From: Chrysomallon squamiferum
Taxonomy: Eukaryota > Animalia > Mollusca
Direction: 5' to 3'
Length of the DNA: 64,000 bases
Assembly: GCA_012295275.1 (NCBI GenBank)
Contig: CM022679.1
Location: 26,660,001-26,724,000 of the forward strand
Both the position numbers and the translations under genes were made by a program. Numbering within the stretch: the first letter of the stretch is position 1; every line of letters begins with the position of its first letter. The notes beneath the pieces are model-generated. The model saw nothing but the letters and a program-made list of their open reading frames with translations, made no database searches and was not told the DNA's origin. Below, piece by piece: positions 31,530 through 46,872 of this stretch.

Positions 31530-31795
31530 ATGGTACTGATTTTTTTTCAGTAGGGGTCTAGGGGAGAAGGGTTTGTTGATTGTATTCTGGTTTTAAAACA
31601 GGTTATGAAAGGATATAGATATGAGTGTGTGTATGTTTGTGTGTGTGTGGGTGTGTGTGTTTGTGTGTGTAGTATTGGTGTGTATATGTGTATATGATAG
31701 ATAAGACATTATGATGGACAGACAAACATTCAGAGATATATAAACGCTCAGTAAGATAAAGCGTTAAGGACTCAACAAAATACCCACATTAAGAG

Positions 31796-31892
<97 letters not shown>

Positions 31893-32151
31893 CACAGATA
31901 TAAATTAATATCGAAAATAGCTGAACATTATTTTTTTTTCTTTTTTTTTTTTTTTTTTTTTTACTTCTGTGAATTCTGGCTACGTAAAACAAATTAGACT
32001 TCTGTGAAAAGTTGCTACTTTGTGGCAGTTTTGTAAATAATAAATGATGTCCACAAGGAAACTGGAAATTGTATTTTCAGACCAAAGTTCATTTCAAATG
32101 CTCCACATTCACTGAACATTTAAAAAATATTATAAAAAAAAGAATATAAAA

Positions 32152-32214
<63 letters not shown>

Positions 32215-32686
32215 AAATTAATTAATTGATTAATTAAAAAATATTTTAAAATTAATTCGTTCGCTAAACCCTAGAATAAATAAATAATAAACAAATATTT
32301 ATGACGTTATAATATCATGAACACGTCAAAGGAAAAAAAAAAAAAAAAAAAAAAAAGTACCAGCAGAATTCAAATATCGAAAAAAAAAAAACCCCAAATC
32401 TACAGAGACATGCATTAATTCTGGCATGCGAACAGCTTAAAAAGATGCAGATTTTAAAATTCCAGACGCGTTTTGTAAGAAGAATGGGAAATAATTTCAG
32501 GTTGTGATAAAAAATTTTAAAAAATAAAAAAAAATAAAAAACCTGCTCAGGAATTGGGAATGTCTTTAACTGAACACGTAAAAAGAATGTTAAAATAATG
32601 CTAAGATCTATTTTCGTTTTCTTTCCATATTTTAATTGATTTTTTTTTACTACTGTGTGTATGTGTGTGTGTGTGTGTGTGTGTGA

Positions 32687-32718
<32 letters not shown>

Positions 32719-33355
32719 GTGTGTGTATGTGCGTTTGTGTATGTAAGTGTACGTGTTGAAGAGTTAATATGTCCATGTGTGGATTTATGTGTGACTGTTT
32801 ATGTGCGTATGTGCATTTCAGTGTATGTATGTAAATTGTATATGTGTGTTTGTATTTGTGTGTGAGAGTTTTTACGTTTGACTATTTATATATGTATGAG
32901 TGTGTATGTTTGTAAATTATATAAGAATGTGTATGTGTGAATGTGTGTTTGAATGTATGTATGTGTCAGTGTGTATGTCAGTATATATCTTTATGAGTGT
33001 GTCTTTCGTTTTCTTGATATAATTTGCCAGGAATTATTATTTACATTTCTTGCTGGTGTCTGGTTTTTGCTGATGACTTTATCATTATCAAAGTAATAGG
33101 TTATTGATATAGTTATTTTGGTAGCTGTTTGTTTATGTTCTGTAATAAATGTGTTTTCATTAGCGCATCATTTCCTTTCCATCAATTTATTTTCTGCATG
33201 GGTCTAACTTCAAGCTGCGTTATTATTTCTGTGTTGTTGTTTTTTCACTTGTATTAATTTAAAAAATTTTTAATTTCTATTTATTTATTTAATTATTTTA
33301 TTTTATTTTATTTATTTATTTTATTTATTTTATTTATTTTATTTATTATTTATTT

Positions 33356-33386
<31 letters not shown>

Positions 33387-33718
33387 TATATCATTTTATT
33401 TTATTTGTATTATTTTTTTTTTCGCTCGAGATCTTTGTTTCTTTCTTTCTTTCTTTATTTGTTTCATTTTTTTTTTTTTTTTTTATTATCTTTTTTTTCA
33501 TTTTTTTCTGTTTTTTCTTTTTTTGTCTTTCTTTTCTGTATTTCGTTCTTTCTTCTTTCATTTAATTTCCTATCACTTTCTTTCTCTTGTTTTGAACTTA
33601 TTATTATTTCATTATAGTAATTTATTTTATCATTATTAGCTCGGTATATTATATCATATGATATTATATCATGAGATATCTGATACCAGAAGGAAATTAA
33701 ATTCTTTACTACAGGCTC

Positions 33719-33775
<57 letters not shown>

Positions 33776-33862
33776 GATAATATATTTAACTGTTTGAAAA
33801 TGAAGAAACAAAAATGAAGTTTTATTTTAAAGAATAAATAAATAAATAAATAAGTCTAAAAA

Positions 33863-33922
<60 letters not shown>

Positions 33923-34442
33923 GCAACACTCACAAACTATGAATCAAAAGCCAAATCATGTTTTTATTTTTATTTTTTTTTTTTTTTTTTTTCAGTCTGC
34001 CTCTATTAGTTCTGTGAAAGATTTCACAGTGAAATTATTTTCTTTTAAACACATTTAAAAGTCACTTTAATAACCGGTTTTGCGAAGAGGAAGCAACTGA
34101 ATCGTGTTTTCTTTCAAAGATACATAAAAACAGCTTCACTTTTTTATTTTATAAAAGAACACTGAGTAAAACGTGGTAATAACCGGTTTGTTGACAAACA
34201 AACGATTTGACTGGGTTTTAAATTCAAGGCCATAGACGATTTTGTTGACTTTTTTTTTTTTTTAAGAAGAAGAAAAAAAAAAAGAGAATAAAACTAATGC
34301 ACCCTCAAAATGACCGGGTTTCCGATAATAAATGATTTTAACAGCTTTCAGGACAAAGGAACACATTTTTTTTTTTTTTTTTTTTTTTAATTAGGTATAA
34401 AAATAATAATACAAACAAATATCGACAATTGCAGACGTCAAG

Positions 34443-34497
<55 letters not shown>

Positions 34498-36025
34498 CAA
34501 ATTATCATGACAGTCACTTGAATGAATCGAACAAATCATCAGTTTATTTAGAAACAAATGAATCACCTTCTTTTGATATCCATTCAAACCTGAGGGTTGC
34601 GGGCTTGCGGGACATACCGATTACCGCAAAGTCTGCAACGAACCCATTAATTTAACCAGTACCACGCATGACTTTTGAGAGAGGCGGACCTTAGCAATTA
34701 CCCTGGTTTAAAGCAGACATTTTATTAAATTATTTGTATCGCTGTTAATTTAATTCGTCGATTATTACTTCTTCGCTGATGTTATTAAAATCAAAGTTGA
34801 AATGTGGAAACATATCTGTACTGAAAGATTTTCTGTTACAGATCCCTGAATTTGTTTTATGCTTCTCAAAAAACACACAATAACTTTAGTATATTTATTG
34901 GGTTTTATTAATTTTAGTTTTTCTATATACATACATACGTATTTAAATGCATGTATAAATCCATCCATCCATCCATCCATCCATTCATCCGTATATACAT
35001 ACATACACACACACACATACATACATACATACATACACACACACATATATACATACATACATACATACATGCATACACACATACATACATACATACATAC
35101 ATACATACATACATACATACATACATACATACATACATACATACACACACATACATAGAAGCATGAACAAGGACGATTTTGTGGAAGAGAGAGAGAGAGA
35201 ATGAAAAACGAAAGCATATAACGTACAAGGCCAGACGTTACAAATTAAGTCTTGTTGAAGTAGACAATACATTTTGTTTGTGTATTTCTTTTAGCTCGCT
35301 TTACGCATGCAATAAAACGTAAAAACAACGCTAAACTGACATGTTTTCTCTCTATTCTCAGACAGAATTACGTCCTTCGCAATTTAGTAGACGCTATTTT
35401 TATAGCGCTACTGTATACTTTGTCAGCAGATATTGCCGTGTGCGTGCAACGAACAAGAATGCCTCCTTAGTTAATGTGTCTGTTTTCTCGTACGAGAAAT
35501 AAATAATATATCTGTGTGGACAGATATTGTCCTAACTAACAGCCATCTACGGCGGAAATGACTTCAGACTCAATAAATGAAACAGAGTGGGCATAAAATG
35601 AAAAGCGTTCCAGCCAATGAAAACGATAGATTTATGATTAAGCCACCAGTACGAGACAAAGGTCAAGGGACGTAATTAGTCGTGAAATCATTGCGAGTTA
35701 TGTTTTCTTGATACTGAAGGTGACTCTTTCGTAATTTATATTTGATAAGTTTTGTTTTATTTAAAACCCGTAACTGATTATAAAACGGAACATTTAATGT
35801 TTTTGTGGTTTTTTTTTACAAGAATAGTTTTGTAGGGTATATATATATATATATCATGAATTTCAGTTTAATTGCCGTTGTTTCAATTCTGTATTTATCG
35901 TTTGTTAAACGTAGAAGAAAAGGGTATAAACAGAAATATAAGGAAGGTGAGAGTAAAAGAGAGAATGTTTACAATCATACAGTGAGTTGAACACAGACGA
36001 AGGAATCAAAGTTGGCAGAGAGAAA

Positions 36026-36146
<121 letters not shown>

Positions 36147-37859
36147 GGGTTCAGAGGTTAATTCTCTCTTGCATTTATTTATTCATTACTTCAACCAAAA
36201 GCAGCAAAACATACGATGGCCTCTCAAATGAGAAACACATTTTTTTTCCATTCCCCGGTAAGTACCACTTCCACAATTAAACAAAATGGAGCCCGTGACG
36301 CTGACTTTACAAACATGTACTTAAATGTATCTGCACGTGTTGTCATGCGACGTTTATTAAGACCTGTCTGGTGAATTAGGAACAAAAAACAGCTAACAAA
36401 TCGTTGAGAATAATAAAGGTGAAAAGTAAAACAACCTCTAAGTACTTTGTTCGTCAGTTTGTCTATCAGAAACGCTTGGCATTAAACAGAGCTCGGGAAA
36501 TAACGAGAACTGCCTGCTCGTGTAAAACAACGGGAGACTAATTTTCTTTTTCCTTTTGGTTTTTAACCTCTCGTTGAATCTATTTTTTTACGATAGTCTA
36601 GTCATATCATCTGTCTTCATCATCTACGTCATTAAGATCTCTCTAAGCGACACCGTCTGTTGCCATATGCATGGTTTAAGTTGACGGCCTTAGAATCGTT
36701 AGCTTGTCAGATCGCCTCCCGGTAGATGCTTATTGCAGAGCTATGTCGAGAGGTTTAAGTTCATAATATATCCTCTGCTGCATAATTTTCGCCTAAAATT
36801 AAAACTGGATCTTACTGTGTGTCAGTCCTGATGATAATGAATGCTGCCTCCCGGTAGATAGGACTTATTAATCAATTAAATCAATCAACGATGGCATAGT
36901 CTGAGGTATGGCAGGTATGGCACGTGACCGTGACACCACTGGACACTTTCTATTAAACTTGACTGATTTTTTTTTTTAGCTGATATTTATCGTAATGTTA
37001 TCTGAAAGATGATGTCAGACGATTTGGATAGAGGTGTAATTTCATTGCTTGCCGTCAGCGCCGTTTTCAAGATATCCCCCCCCCTCCCTTGGACTGAAAC
37101 TGTACCAAAAATATATAATTATTGTGTAAATGAATTTATGTTCATGAAAGGCGTGCTTCAACATCGGCTGGTGTAACTGTCAACTGGTTTAATTGTATTT
37201 GAGATGATTAATAATTACGCATCTCTGTGTAATGCAGTTTACGTGATGTGATACTGAATCTTCATGTAACCAGTTATAACGATTAAGAAGAAAATAAAAC
37301 AAAATATACGTCCACGACAGGCGAGCTTACGCCACAGTCGAGTGAAAGATGTATACACGTTAAATCATCCAAGCCTCGTCTTCACACACTTAAAAAATTA
37401 TTGTCGATTTTATAGCGTCATAAAGGCACGAATTTAAAAGGAAAAGATAAAAAAAAAAAAAAAAACTAAAGAAAAAAAAAAAAAAAAAAAAAACGTAACG
37501 ACGTAAAACATTACAATCAGATCATTTTACAATACTCTTTGTTTTTGGGGGTTTTTTTGGTTTTGTTTTCTTCTTTGTTTTTTTCTTAACACTTGCGTTA
37601 TAAAACGCTGACTTTAAAAGGGAAAACAGATTCTACGCCATGATGGAACTACGCAAGATATTAGCCTGGATTAAGTTTCATCTTCTACTTTTTTTTTTTT
37701 TTTTTTTTGAATTTTATTATTTTAGTTTATTTTTATTTTTTATTTTTTTTTTATTAAGACGCGAGTTTGAAGAAGGAAAAGAGGTAATTTCTTCACCAGA
37801 ACAAACAGAAGACGTAATAAAACAAAACAAATTATAATAAAAAGGTAACTGAGACAAAA

Positions 37860-37940
37860 CTGAGTGCAGCTCAAAGGACGAAGTGTTGACCTGAGGCGCG
37901 CTGGGTCGCGGGTTCACTGCTCATAGACAGAATCCCCACG
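37860..37940 (+). mobile_element. tRNA-like SINE head fragment
   Basis: tgcagctcaaagg (A-box-like)...cctgaggcgcgctgggtcgcgggttca (B-box-like); shares cctgaggc...gtcgc.gg.tca with the copy at 42270. Confidence 0.4.
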
Positions 37941-38376
37941 ACAGTGAAACGCGTTTTTCTGTGTATTTTATAACGTGTTTAAAAGATCGCTTGGAGCCAG
38001 TCGATCATAAACGGTGTCGTCGACGGATTTCTCCCTCGTGTCAAAATTACAAAAATAACGATATAACGATCATGTGTGTATATAGAAAAATGGTTAAATA
38101 TTCATCTATTAAGAACAAGATATTGCAAAAAAAAAAGAATTTGTTGTTGTTGTTGTTGTTCAGTGCAGACGTCTGAGAATTTGTGTGTTAGTCAATTAGT
38201 CTGTTGGCAGATAGAGTACTTAGATATAAAATTGGTTTAACATAAAAGCCGGTACTGCTACGCCAAACTAGAACCCACTCAGCCTGGCATTTTGATCTTC
38301 AAACCACTGCGTTAAAATAATTAACAGTAATAGCCTGATCTGCTACGCAGACAACACACTAGTATGCAGTCCCTGC

Positions 38377-38409
<33 letters not shown>

Positions 38410-38874
38410 GAGGAAGTAAAAAAATCGATGAATACTACTGTCGGTTTACTTGTTATCATTATTTACCTATTACCGTAAACGCCCAGTAACGGTAATTATT
38501 ATTCGTCGTGAAAAACAACCTTTATGCTAAAAAAAAAAAAAAAAAAAAATAACAACAAAAAATTAAAACAGTTATTCTGTAGTCATTTTTCATTGATGGT
38601 TACAAATATTTGTTAATTTTTTTTTTTTTTTCTTTTTGTATTTAATTCTCACGGAACGATAAAAAGAACTGACAAGGTTAGAGAGAAAAACGTTCCGTTA
38701 CTTCCTTTGTGCTAATTGAATGCATTCCTGAACTGATGCTGTAGGGCGGGGAGCACCGTAATTACACTTCTTATTATTTACTGTGACATTTAGGCCTGGT
38801 TAATTTGTAACTATCAAAATAAAACAAAAATAATTAATATTATTGCCATAGTCTGCCGCAGCGGTAGGTGAAGC

Positions 38875-38937
<63 letters not shown>

Positions 38938-38939
38938 GG

Positions 38940-39700
38940 ATCAATGAATGAAAAAAAGAAAGAAAGAAAGAAAGAAAAAAGAAAGAAAGAAATAAGAAAA
39001 AACAAAGAAAGAAAGAAAAAAGAATATAAAAAGAAAAATATAATAAATCGAAAGTGTTTTAGAGAAAGAAAATTATTGAACAAAGAAAAGAAAGACGAAA
39101 GAGAGAAAACAGAAAATGAATGGAAGAAAGGAGAAAAGAAAGAACTGAAGAAAACAGAAAAAAAAGGAAAAAATGGAAGTAAAACAGAAAAGACGAAAGT
39201 GTTATAGAGAAAGTGAATTAATAAATGAAGAGTTGAACAACGAATGAAAGAAAAAAGAAAACGAATGGAAGAAAGAGGAAAGAAGAAAAAACGGAAGAAA
39301 GGAAGAAAGAAATGGAAGAAAATACAAAGGACGAAGCTTAGAAAGAAAAATGTTAAAGAGAGAAGAAATAGAAAAGAAAGAAAATGAAAGAACGAAAGAA
39401 AAAGAAATAAAGAAAACAGTCAAATGAAAGAACGAAAGAAAAAGAAATAAAGAAAACAAAAAAAACAAAGAAAGACAGAAACAAAAAGAACAGAAGAAAG
39501 AAGAAAGGAAGAAAAGACGAAAAGAAAAGAAAAGAAAAAAGACAAAAAGAATAAAAAAATGAAGAAGATAACAAACAAAAGAATCATCGAAATAAAAAGT
39601 AAACCAAAACAGAAGAAGAAGAAGAAGAAGAAGAAAAGAAAAAAGAGTTATGGAATGAAAGAAGAAATTATCAAAGAAATAAAAAAATAAAAATAAAAAT
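38940..39700. repeat. Purine-rich (A/G) low-complexity tract
   Basis: ~760 bp of gaaa/aaga words, with an internal ~40-bp tandem duplication at ~39382-39458. Confidence 0.85.
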
Positions 39701-39734
39701 AATAATGATGATGATTATAATAACAACAACAACC

Positions 39735-39773
<39 letters not shown>

Positions 39774-40499
39774 AATAATAATAATAATAAAACGAATAAG
39801 AAAAATTCACGGGTGGCAATCCGCTACTAGAAATAATGATTATTTTGCAGAACAATTCTGTGAACAGAGGGATGCTATCATTAGCTAGACACACGGTTTT
39901 GACGCACACACAAACATGCGGAGACTGAATAACCTTTCAGCGGTTCACAGTAAGCATTCGACATGGATATTAACTTACAACACGTGTTCTTGTCGCATTG
40001 CAAAGACGTATCTAAGTTTCGGATCCATCCTCACTCGCGTATCTTCGCTTGAAAGTTTCTCAGTGACACAGGTAAAAGAATCGTTTTCGATACGGTTATT
40101 CGTTATTGACGAAAACAGGGTCAGACGGTATAACTATTTGTTTGGTTCAAAGCGTTCTCGTTGTATTTTGTTCTTTAGTTTCTACATAGCTAGCATACAA
40201 CGCATTCTCCAGCGATCTATATGAGACATTATAGCTTTGAGCGTTTGAGTAATTTTTCTGTGGAACAACAGAGGTAAGGGAATGGGTATTTGTAACCACT
40301 GATGGAAAAGGGAGAGAGGGGTGTGTTTGAAGAGATTCAACGTTTATCTTATATGTTAGTTTTCAAATAGTTTTAATGTTAAATTTTGAAATAATATATA
40401 TATATATATAAGTTTGAGTCATTTAAAATTACTTTGTTTAATGTTTTAATTATTCTTTAACAGTATGTTCATCGGCAGCAGTAACGGAATTATTGACAT

Positions 40500-40532
<33 letters not shown>

Positions 40533-40546
40533 CGTATTAATCATCA

Positions 40547-40619
<73 letters not shown>

Positions 40620-41526
40620 GATTATTATTATTATTATTATTATTGATAACATGGTGTGTTGTAAAGAGAATTCAGTGTATATGTTATATCTGGTTATTTT
40701 CCCACACACCTGTGTAGCATTTTTACCTGGCTCAAAGGTGGCCCACATCTGGCTCAAATAATGCCAGCTCGAGGCAATATGAGGGCCACCCTTTTGCCAG
40801 ATAAATGTACGAGCTGGGTAAATAGATTAGACACTATATAAATACATATTATATACATACATACATACATACGCTCACATATTACATAGATACATACGTA
40901 TGTACGTATGCACACACACAGAGAGACATACGTACATATTTATATACATACATATATACATACATACATACGCTCACATATTCCACAGATACCTACGTAT
41001 GTACGTATGCACACACACACACACACACACACACAGACATACGTACATATTTATATATATATAGATACATATATGGATGTTTGAAAGTGGATAGGTAATG
41101 GGTATTAACAACTCATTCTGTTTAGAAACTGAAAAAAAAAAGATCATCATGTATTGATTTTTGAAGCGATGAATCAGTCACAAAAGGATATATTCAAAAC
41201 GCTGTCTTCTGTTGTTATATTACATATGTAAACTGTAAACAACACGTTGTATCTAGAGCTGGAAAAAAATATCATCTTGTAATATACTTTTTCTAAGCAG
41301 TGAATCATAAAAATGTATTCAAACATGTATTTTCAGTTAGTACGTTAAATATGTAAAACATGTTTGTCATAAAGATATCATGCAGTTTCTTAATTTGGAT
41401 GTTCTGTTTAAAATTGAGTAACACCATAAAGCAAACATTAATTTCTAATTTAAAGCAGGCTTTGCCAATAAAAAATTACACGGACGATTAATAATTATCA
41501 TATACTTCAACTTCAGGGATATCAAA

Positions 41527-41916
41527 TGAAAAACTAGTTTATCTGAAATAATTATTCATCGTCCATTGTAAATATAAAATGAAAAACTGGTTTAAATGAA
41601 ACAGTTATTCTTCGCTCTTTGTAAATATAAAATGAAAAACTAGTTTAAATGAAACGGTTATTCTTCGCTGTTTGTAAATATAAAATGAAAAACTGGCTTA
41701 AATGAAACAGTTATTCTTCGCTGTTTGTAAATATAAAATGAAAAACTAGTTTAAATGAAACAGTTATTCTTCGCTGTTTGTAAATATAAAATAAAAAACT
41801 GGTTTAAATGAAACAGTTATTCTTCGCTCTTTGTAAATATAAAATGAAAAACTGGCTTAAATGAAACAGTTATTCTTCGCTGTTTGTAAATATAAAATGA
41901 AAAACTGGTTTAAATG
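41527..41916. repeat. 53-bp minisatellite (array A)
   Basis: Unit tgtaaatataaaatgaaaaactggtttaaatgaaacagttattcttcgct(c/g)tt; period 53 (41581 to 41634); ~7 copies. Confidence 0.93.
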
Positions 41917-41984
41917 CCATAATTAGTCATTCGACACTTGTGATTAACGGCTACGACTTATTTATTCTAAAGGCCACGAGATCA

Positions 41985-41998
41985 GTTGTCATGGCAAC
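41985..41998. promoter_or_regulatory. RFX X-box-like palindrome
   Basis: GTTGTCATGGCAAC versus consensus GTTGCCATGGCAAC. Confidence 0.4.
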
Positions 41999-42269
41999 TA
42001 GATACAAGCGAACAAAAAAACACGTCATCTTACGTAATGACAAAAGATCTGTGATGATGTTTTGGCGAAACACATTTAAAAAAGGAGATGATTAAATGTT
42101 AAAAGACAGACAACCGTTCATCAAGAACAGCGGATATATAATTTTAAAATACGAAAGTAATCCGTTAATGGGTGTATTATTATTATTATAATTTTATTTT
42201 TTGTTTCTTTTCTTCGAGATAAACTGACAGCTTGACGTCTAAAAATAAATAATATACTCCCACATTTGT

Positions 42270-42490
42270 GCCGAGTGGGTTGCACTTTAGCTGATTAAGC
42301 AGTTTGCCCTGAGGCTTGGTAAGTCGCAGGATCAAACCTCTTAGTGGTGTACTTCCTGTTGCAGCAAAAGGCTTATGGGTGAAATATCAGTGGCTGCAGT
42401 GCATAGAGTTTCTCTTACTGGAGCGTGTAATGAAAGATTCCTTGCTGTCATTCGTTAAGAGTTTAACCTTTCCTGGTCGAAAGAAACCCC
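42270..42490 (+). mobile_element. Degenerate SINE, related to the copy at 61725
   Basis: Head ...cctgaggcttggtaagtcgcaggatcaaacctc; body gtgtaatgaaagattccttgctgtcattcgttaagagt. Confidence 0.45.
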
Positions 42491-43566
42491 CAACGAAATC
42501 ACAGAGCTTTTACGGGTGCTGTTTTTAACACAGAAATATTTAAATTACGTTGAGTGTAGATGAACAAGCTGACAGATTACGGAGAGTAATTAATATCAAC
42601 GAAATTATTTTTTTATATATTTTATGAAGACATACTCACTCAAGTTTATTTCGTGAAAGACGAAGAAAAAGATAAATTTATAATAATTTGCGTTAAATAA
42701 TTTCTCACAATTAAAATCTGGTCGACAGAAATCTTTGAAACAGACCTAAGTTCTTATCGCTTACTGAAAATGTTTGTCACGTGTTTTTGTTCTGCACCTC
42801 CACTCTTTGGAACTGTAACAACACAGAAAACATTTTTCAAAGAATTCTCAGCGAGCAGGAATTATTTTGATGGATTCCAAATCATCCATGTTTTCCGTGA
42901 CAGACACTGATGTATTGCTGTCTGACAGAGTGTAGTCGCTTACAAACTGGCTTGTATCCAAAATGGCGATCATCTGTATGCATTTAGCAATGTGTTTATC
43001 GGTTGGTTGGCACTAAGGTCTTGCGTTAGAAGCCTTCGTATACAGGATTCTGTACTTACCATGGATGATAAGGTTAACAAGTGACTTTACACTATAAGAA
43101 TACACGGTAAGGCTGCTATGTTTTTTAATATATTTTTTGGTGCCTATGCATTTATTCGATGTTTATTTTAATGGTAGATGGATTTTTTTTTTTTTTTTTT
43201 TTTTTTAAAGTATTGCTGTTGGTTTTTTAGGGATTGTTTATTATATTCCAGACGGTATATTTGGTTCAAAGTTGTTACCAATTCAAAATTTATTTTAAGA
43301 ATGACGGCCTACGATAGTAGAAAGACGTATTTGCTATAATTATGAACTAAGTGAATTCTGTAATTAATCTTTGAAGTCTGTTAGAAAATTCTTTTGTAAG
43401 AAAGATTTACATGTACTTAAATTCCTGCATGCAAGAAAACCTGTTGTGCTAGAATGTAACATGAAAATAAATATACGTAAATATCTCTCTCTCTCTCTGT
43501 CTCGCTCTCTCTCTCTTCTCTCTCTCTCTCTCTCTGTCTCGCTCTCTCTCTCTCTTCCTCTCTCTC

Positions 43567-43657
<91 letters not shown>

Positions 43658-44456
43658 TATTTGTCTATATATCTGACTGTCGATCCATCTACCTACAATT
43701 TATCTCTCTCAAGCTGCATGTATCTTTTTCTGACTTCATGTCTGTCTGTCTGTGTATATATATGAACGTAAACAAAATAATATATCTATATCTGTCTCTC
43801 TGTCTGTAAGTGTTTACTATTTATCTATCTATCTATTTATATGTCAATGTTTTTTTTATACGTAATTTTGTGCGCATATATATTTTTCTTGTTAAAAATT
43901 GGACTTTGTGATTAACATCATCTCCAAAAAAAAAAAAAAAACGTCATCAATACTTAACCCTCAGTTTTAATAAACTTTGACTGGTGTCACAGATTCTGGA
44001 AATTCTTCATTATTACGTTAACGAATTGTCTCTTGTGGCAGAGGTTTGTTGTTTTGAATCTTAGTCAAATAACTTAGTCTGAGCAACGAGGGTCGCCCTG
44101 GTTTGACCAGTATTTCAGTATTCTGTGTAAATATCAGAAATCATTGATTCTACATTTACTTTCTTATTTAGTTATCAAACTGACAACACCAAAGCGCTGG
44201 ATATAATTTTTTTTTTTTTTTTTTTTTTTTAATTGACACACTGTCTGATGATCTTATGGACCGAGACAAATTTTTGGCGTCGACTGGGTTTAACCTTTGT
44301 TCTTAACGCGAATTAAGACTTGTTTAATGTAATTAGCTGTTGTTGCCTCGCGTAATTAAATAGCCGAGTTTGAAGATAAATGTCGTGATCTTTCAATTAG
44401 AATCGTGGAGACTGTCGTGTATGTATGACAGTGTGTGTGTGTGTGTGTGTGTGTGT

Positions 44457-44543
<87 letters not shown>

Positions 44544-44880
44544 CAATAGAAGATAAAAAGAGTCAGAAACTGAGGTGCAAGTGTGTGTGTGTGTGTGTAT
44601 TTCTTGCATAAGTGTGTGTTTTTTATATCTGTGTGTTTGTTTTGTGTGTAACTGTGTGTATTTCTGTAAATTGTTTGTGTATTTGTGTGGATGAATATAT
44701 GTGTTTTTTCTTTTAACAGTATTTAATAATTACAATTAATTCAACGATATCTCAACACTTTCAAATTAAACAATATTAAGTGTCTAAGATCGTCATACTA
44801 TAATGACAAAAACAACTATAACAGTAAATAATAACAGACACAACAACATCAGCAGCAACAACAACAACAACAACAACAAC

Positions 44881-44920
<40 letters not shown>

Positions 44921-46679
44921 GCAACAACAACAGCAGAAAGAATGAAAGAAAAAAAGGAAAGAAAGAAAACGAAAAAATAATATTTGTAAACATGCAGTCA
45001 ACATATTTTTAATCTATTACATGACGTCATATTCGTGTCTACGGACCACACGCAGTCGAGAGCTGAAACCCGCTGCCAACTCGCGATGATTTGTTTTTCT
45101 TTTTCTTTCTCATTTTTCTTCTTCAGTTAGAAACAATATCAGCTCATATTTTTAACTTTACAGATATTACGTAGGATCCGTTCTATTTTTCTTTTCTTTC
45201 TTTAAACTATAAAAATTACAAATATATATATATATATATATATCAAATGATTAATTTTTTACAGTCTGTAATATAATTATTTCTGACATTTAGCTACAAA
45301 TCACAGCTTTGGATCTCTCATATTATTTATTACTGTCACTGTATTTGTTTCAGCTTGCACTTAATTATACGCTTTGAATTGCCATAATTAATGCTTAGTA
45401 ATTTAATATTACCATGGCTGTATTTTCATGCTCGTAATGATTTTATAATGAGTTTAATGCTGTGTACAAAATTAGTATTGGTATGTTTTTTCTGTGCGCA
45501 TGTGTGTGTATGTCTTTGCGTGTTAATATATGTAAGTATGTAGGTATCATTTTATATACGTGTATTTAATGTAAGTGCAAATATACATGTGTTCGTGTAG
45601 TGGCAGTTTTAGAAGTAGTATTATTAGTTGCAGTATAGTAAGAGAAGGTGCAGTAGTTGTAGTTATGGTCGATGTAGCTGTAGTAGTAGTAGTAGTAATA
45701 GTAGAAATAGCGTGGTAGCAGTTGTAATACTAATAGATGAAAATTGATATAATAATAGTAGTAACTGTTAATAATTGTTGCTACAGTTGTATTAATTTAG
45801 TTGCTGTAATAATGATAATAATAACATGTAACAGGTGTTAATGTATTCATAATGGTAGTGGTAGTAGTAGTAGTTATAGTTATAGACGTAACTGTAGTTA
45901 TATACGTTCTGAGTGGCAGTAAAAATAGGAGCGACAGAGTAACTGTAATAGCAGATGTTATTGTTGTTACTGTAGTAATAGTAGTAATAGTAACAACATT
46001 GAAGCAATAGTTTCAAGTGTATTAATGTCAGAAGTTGTTACAGTTGAGCAGTCGTCGTAGTTTAGCAGTAATAAGTATTTGTAGTACCAGTAGTAGTAGT
46101 AGCAGCAGTCGTAGTAATAATATTAATAGCAGCAGTAGTAGTAGTAATAGTAATATAGTAGTAGTAATAATAGTAATAGTTTTAGTAGTAGTTGTAGTAG
46201 TAGTAGTAGTAGTTTTTTTGTTTTTTTTTGACGTGGAAGTAGTAGTGGTAACAGCGTCAGCAGTGATAACAAAATATATTTACGAAAACAGTGACAGGTA
46301 TTCCTTTAAATAGCAGATTACGTTATTTTAATAATAATAATAATAATAATAATAAAAGTGATGATGATGATGATTATAATGAATATTAATAATAAAAATA
46401 ATAAACGATTAATAAACAAATAAATAAATAAATAAGCCATATATTTATTTTTTTTTTTATTTATTTTTTTCTGTCTCACGATCAAAACAGTTTGTGCCAG
46501 TTTTTAAGCAGTAATGAGTTTTCCATTCACCGTGTTATTGTTCCTAGCCAGATGAAATGTGGATTCTGAACATAATAAGAGGGTAAGAAGAGAAAAAATT
46601 AGGCTGGCTATAAATAATAACACGTTTGGCGAGAAACGTGGTTGTTAGAGCAGAGAAAACTTGCTGAATAAGGCACCAG

Positions 46680-46755
46680 TTTTGCAAGCGATCAGATGAG
46701 TGCAATGTTACTGTTTGCGGAGGTTCTGGGTTCAATCCCACTGAGAGGATTAATT
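46680..46755 (+). mobile_element. tRNA-like/SINE head remnant
   Basis: ggaggttctgggttcaatcccact (variable loop plus T-arm/B-box); no complete cloverleaf. Confidence 0.3.
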
Positions 46756-46822
46756 AAATTCTTTTTTTCCTCAGTGCTACTAATATTGCTGTCACTATTA
46801 TTATTATTATTATTATTATTAT

Positions 46823-46872
<50 letters not shown>

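Noticed and set aside
46680-46755. tRNA gene
   Set aside because: Only a T-arm/B-box is recognisable; no acceptor stem or cloverleaf. Same for 37860, 13290 and 22870.
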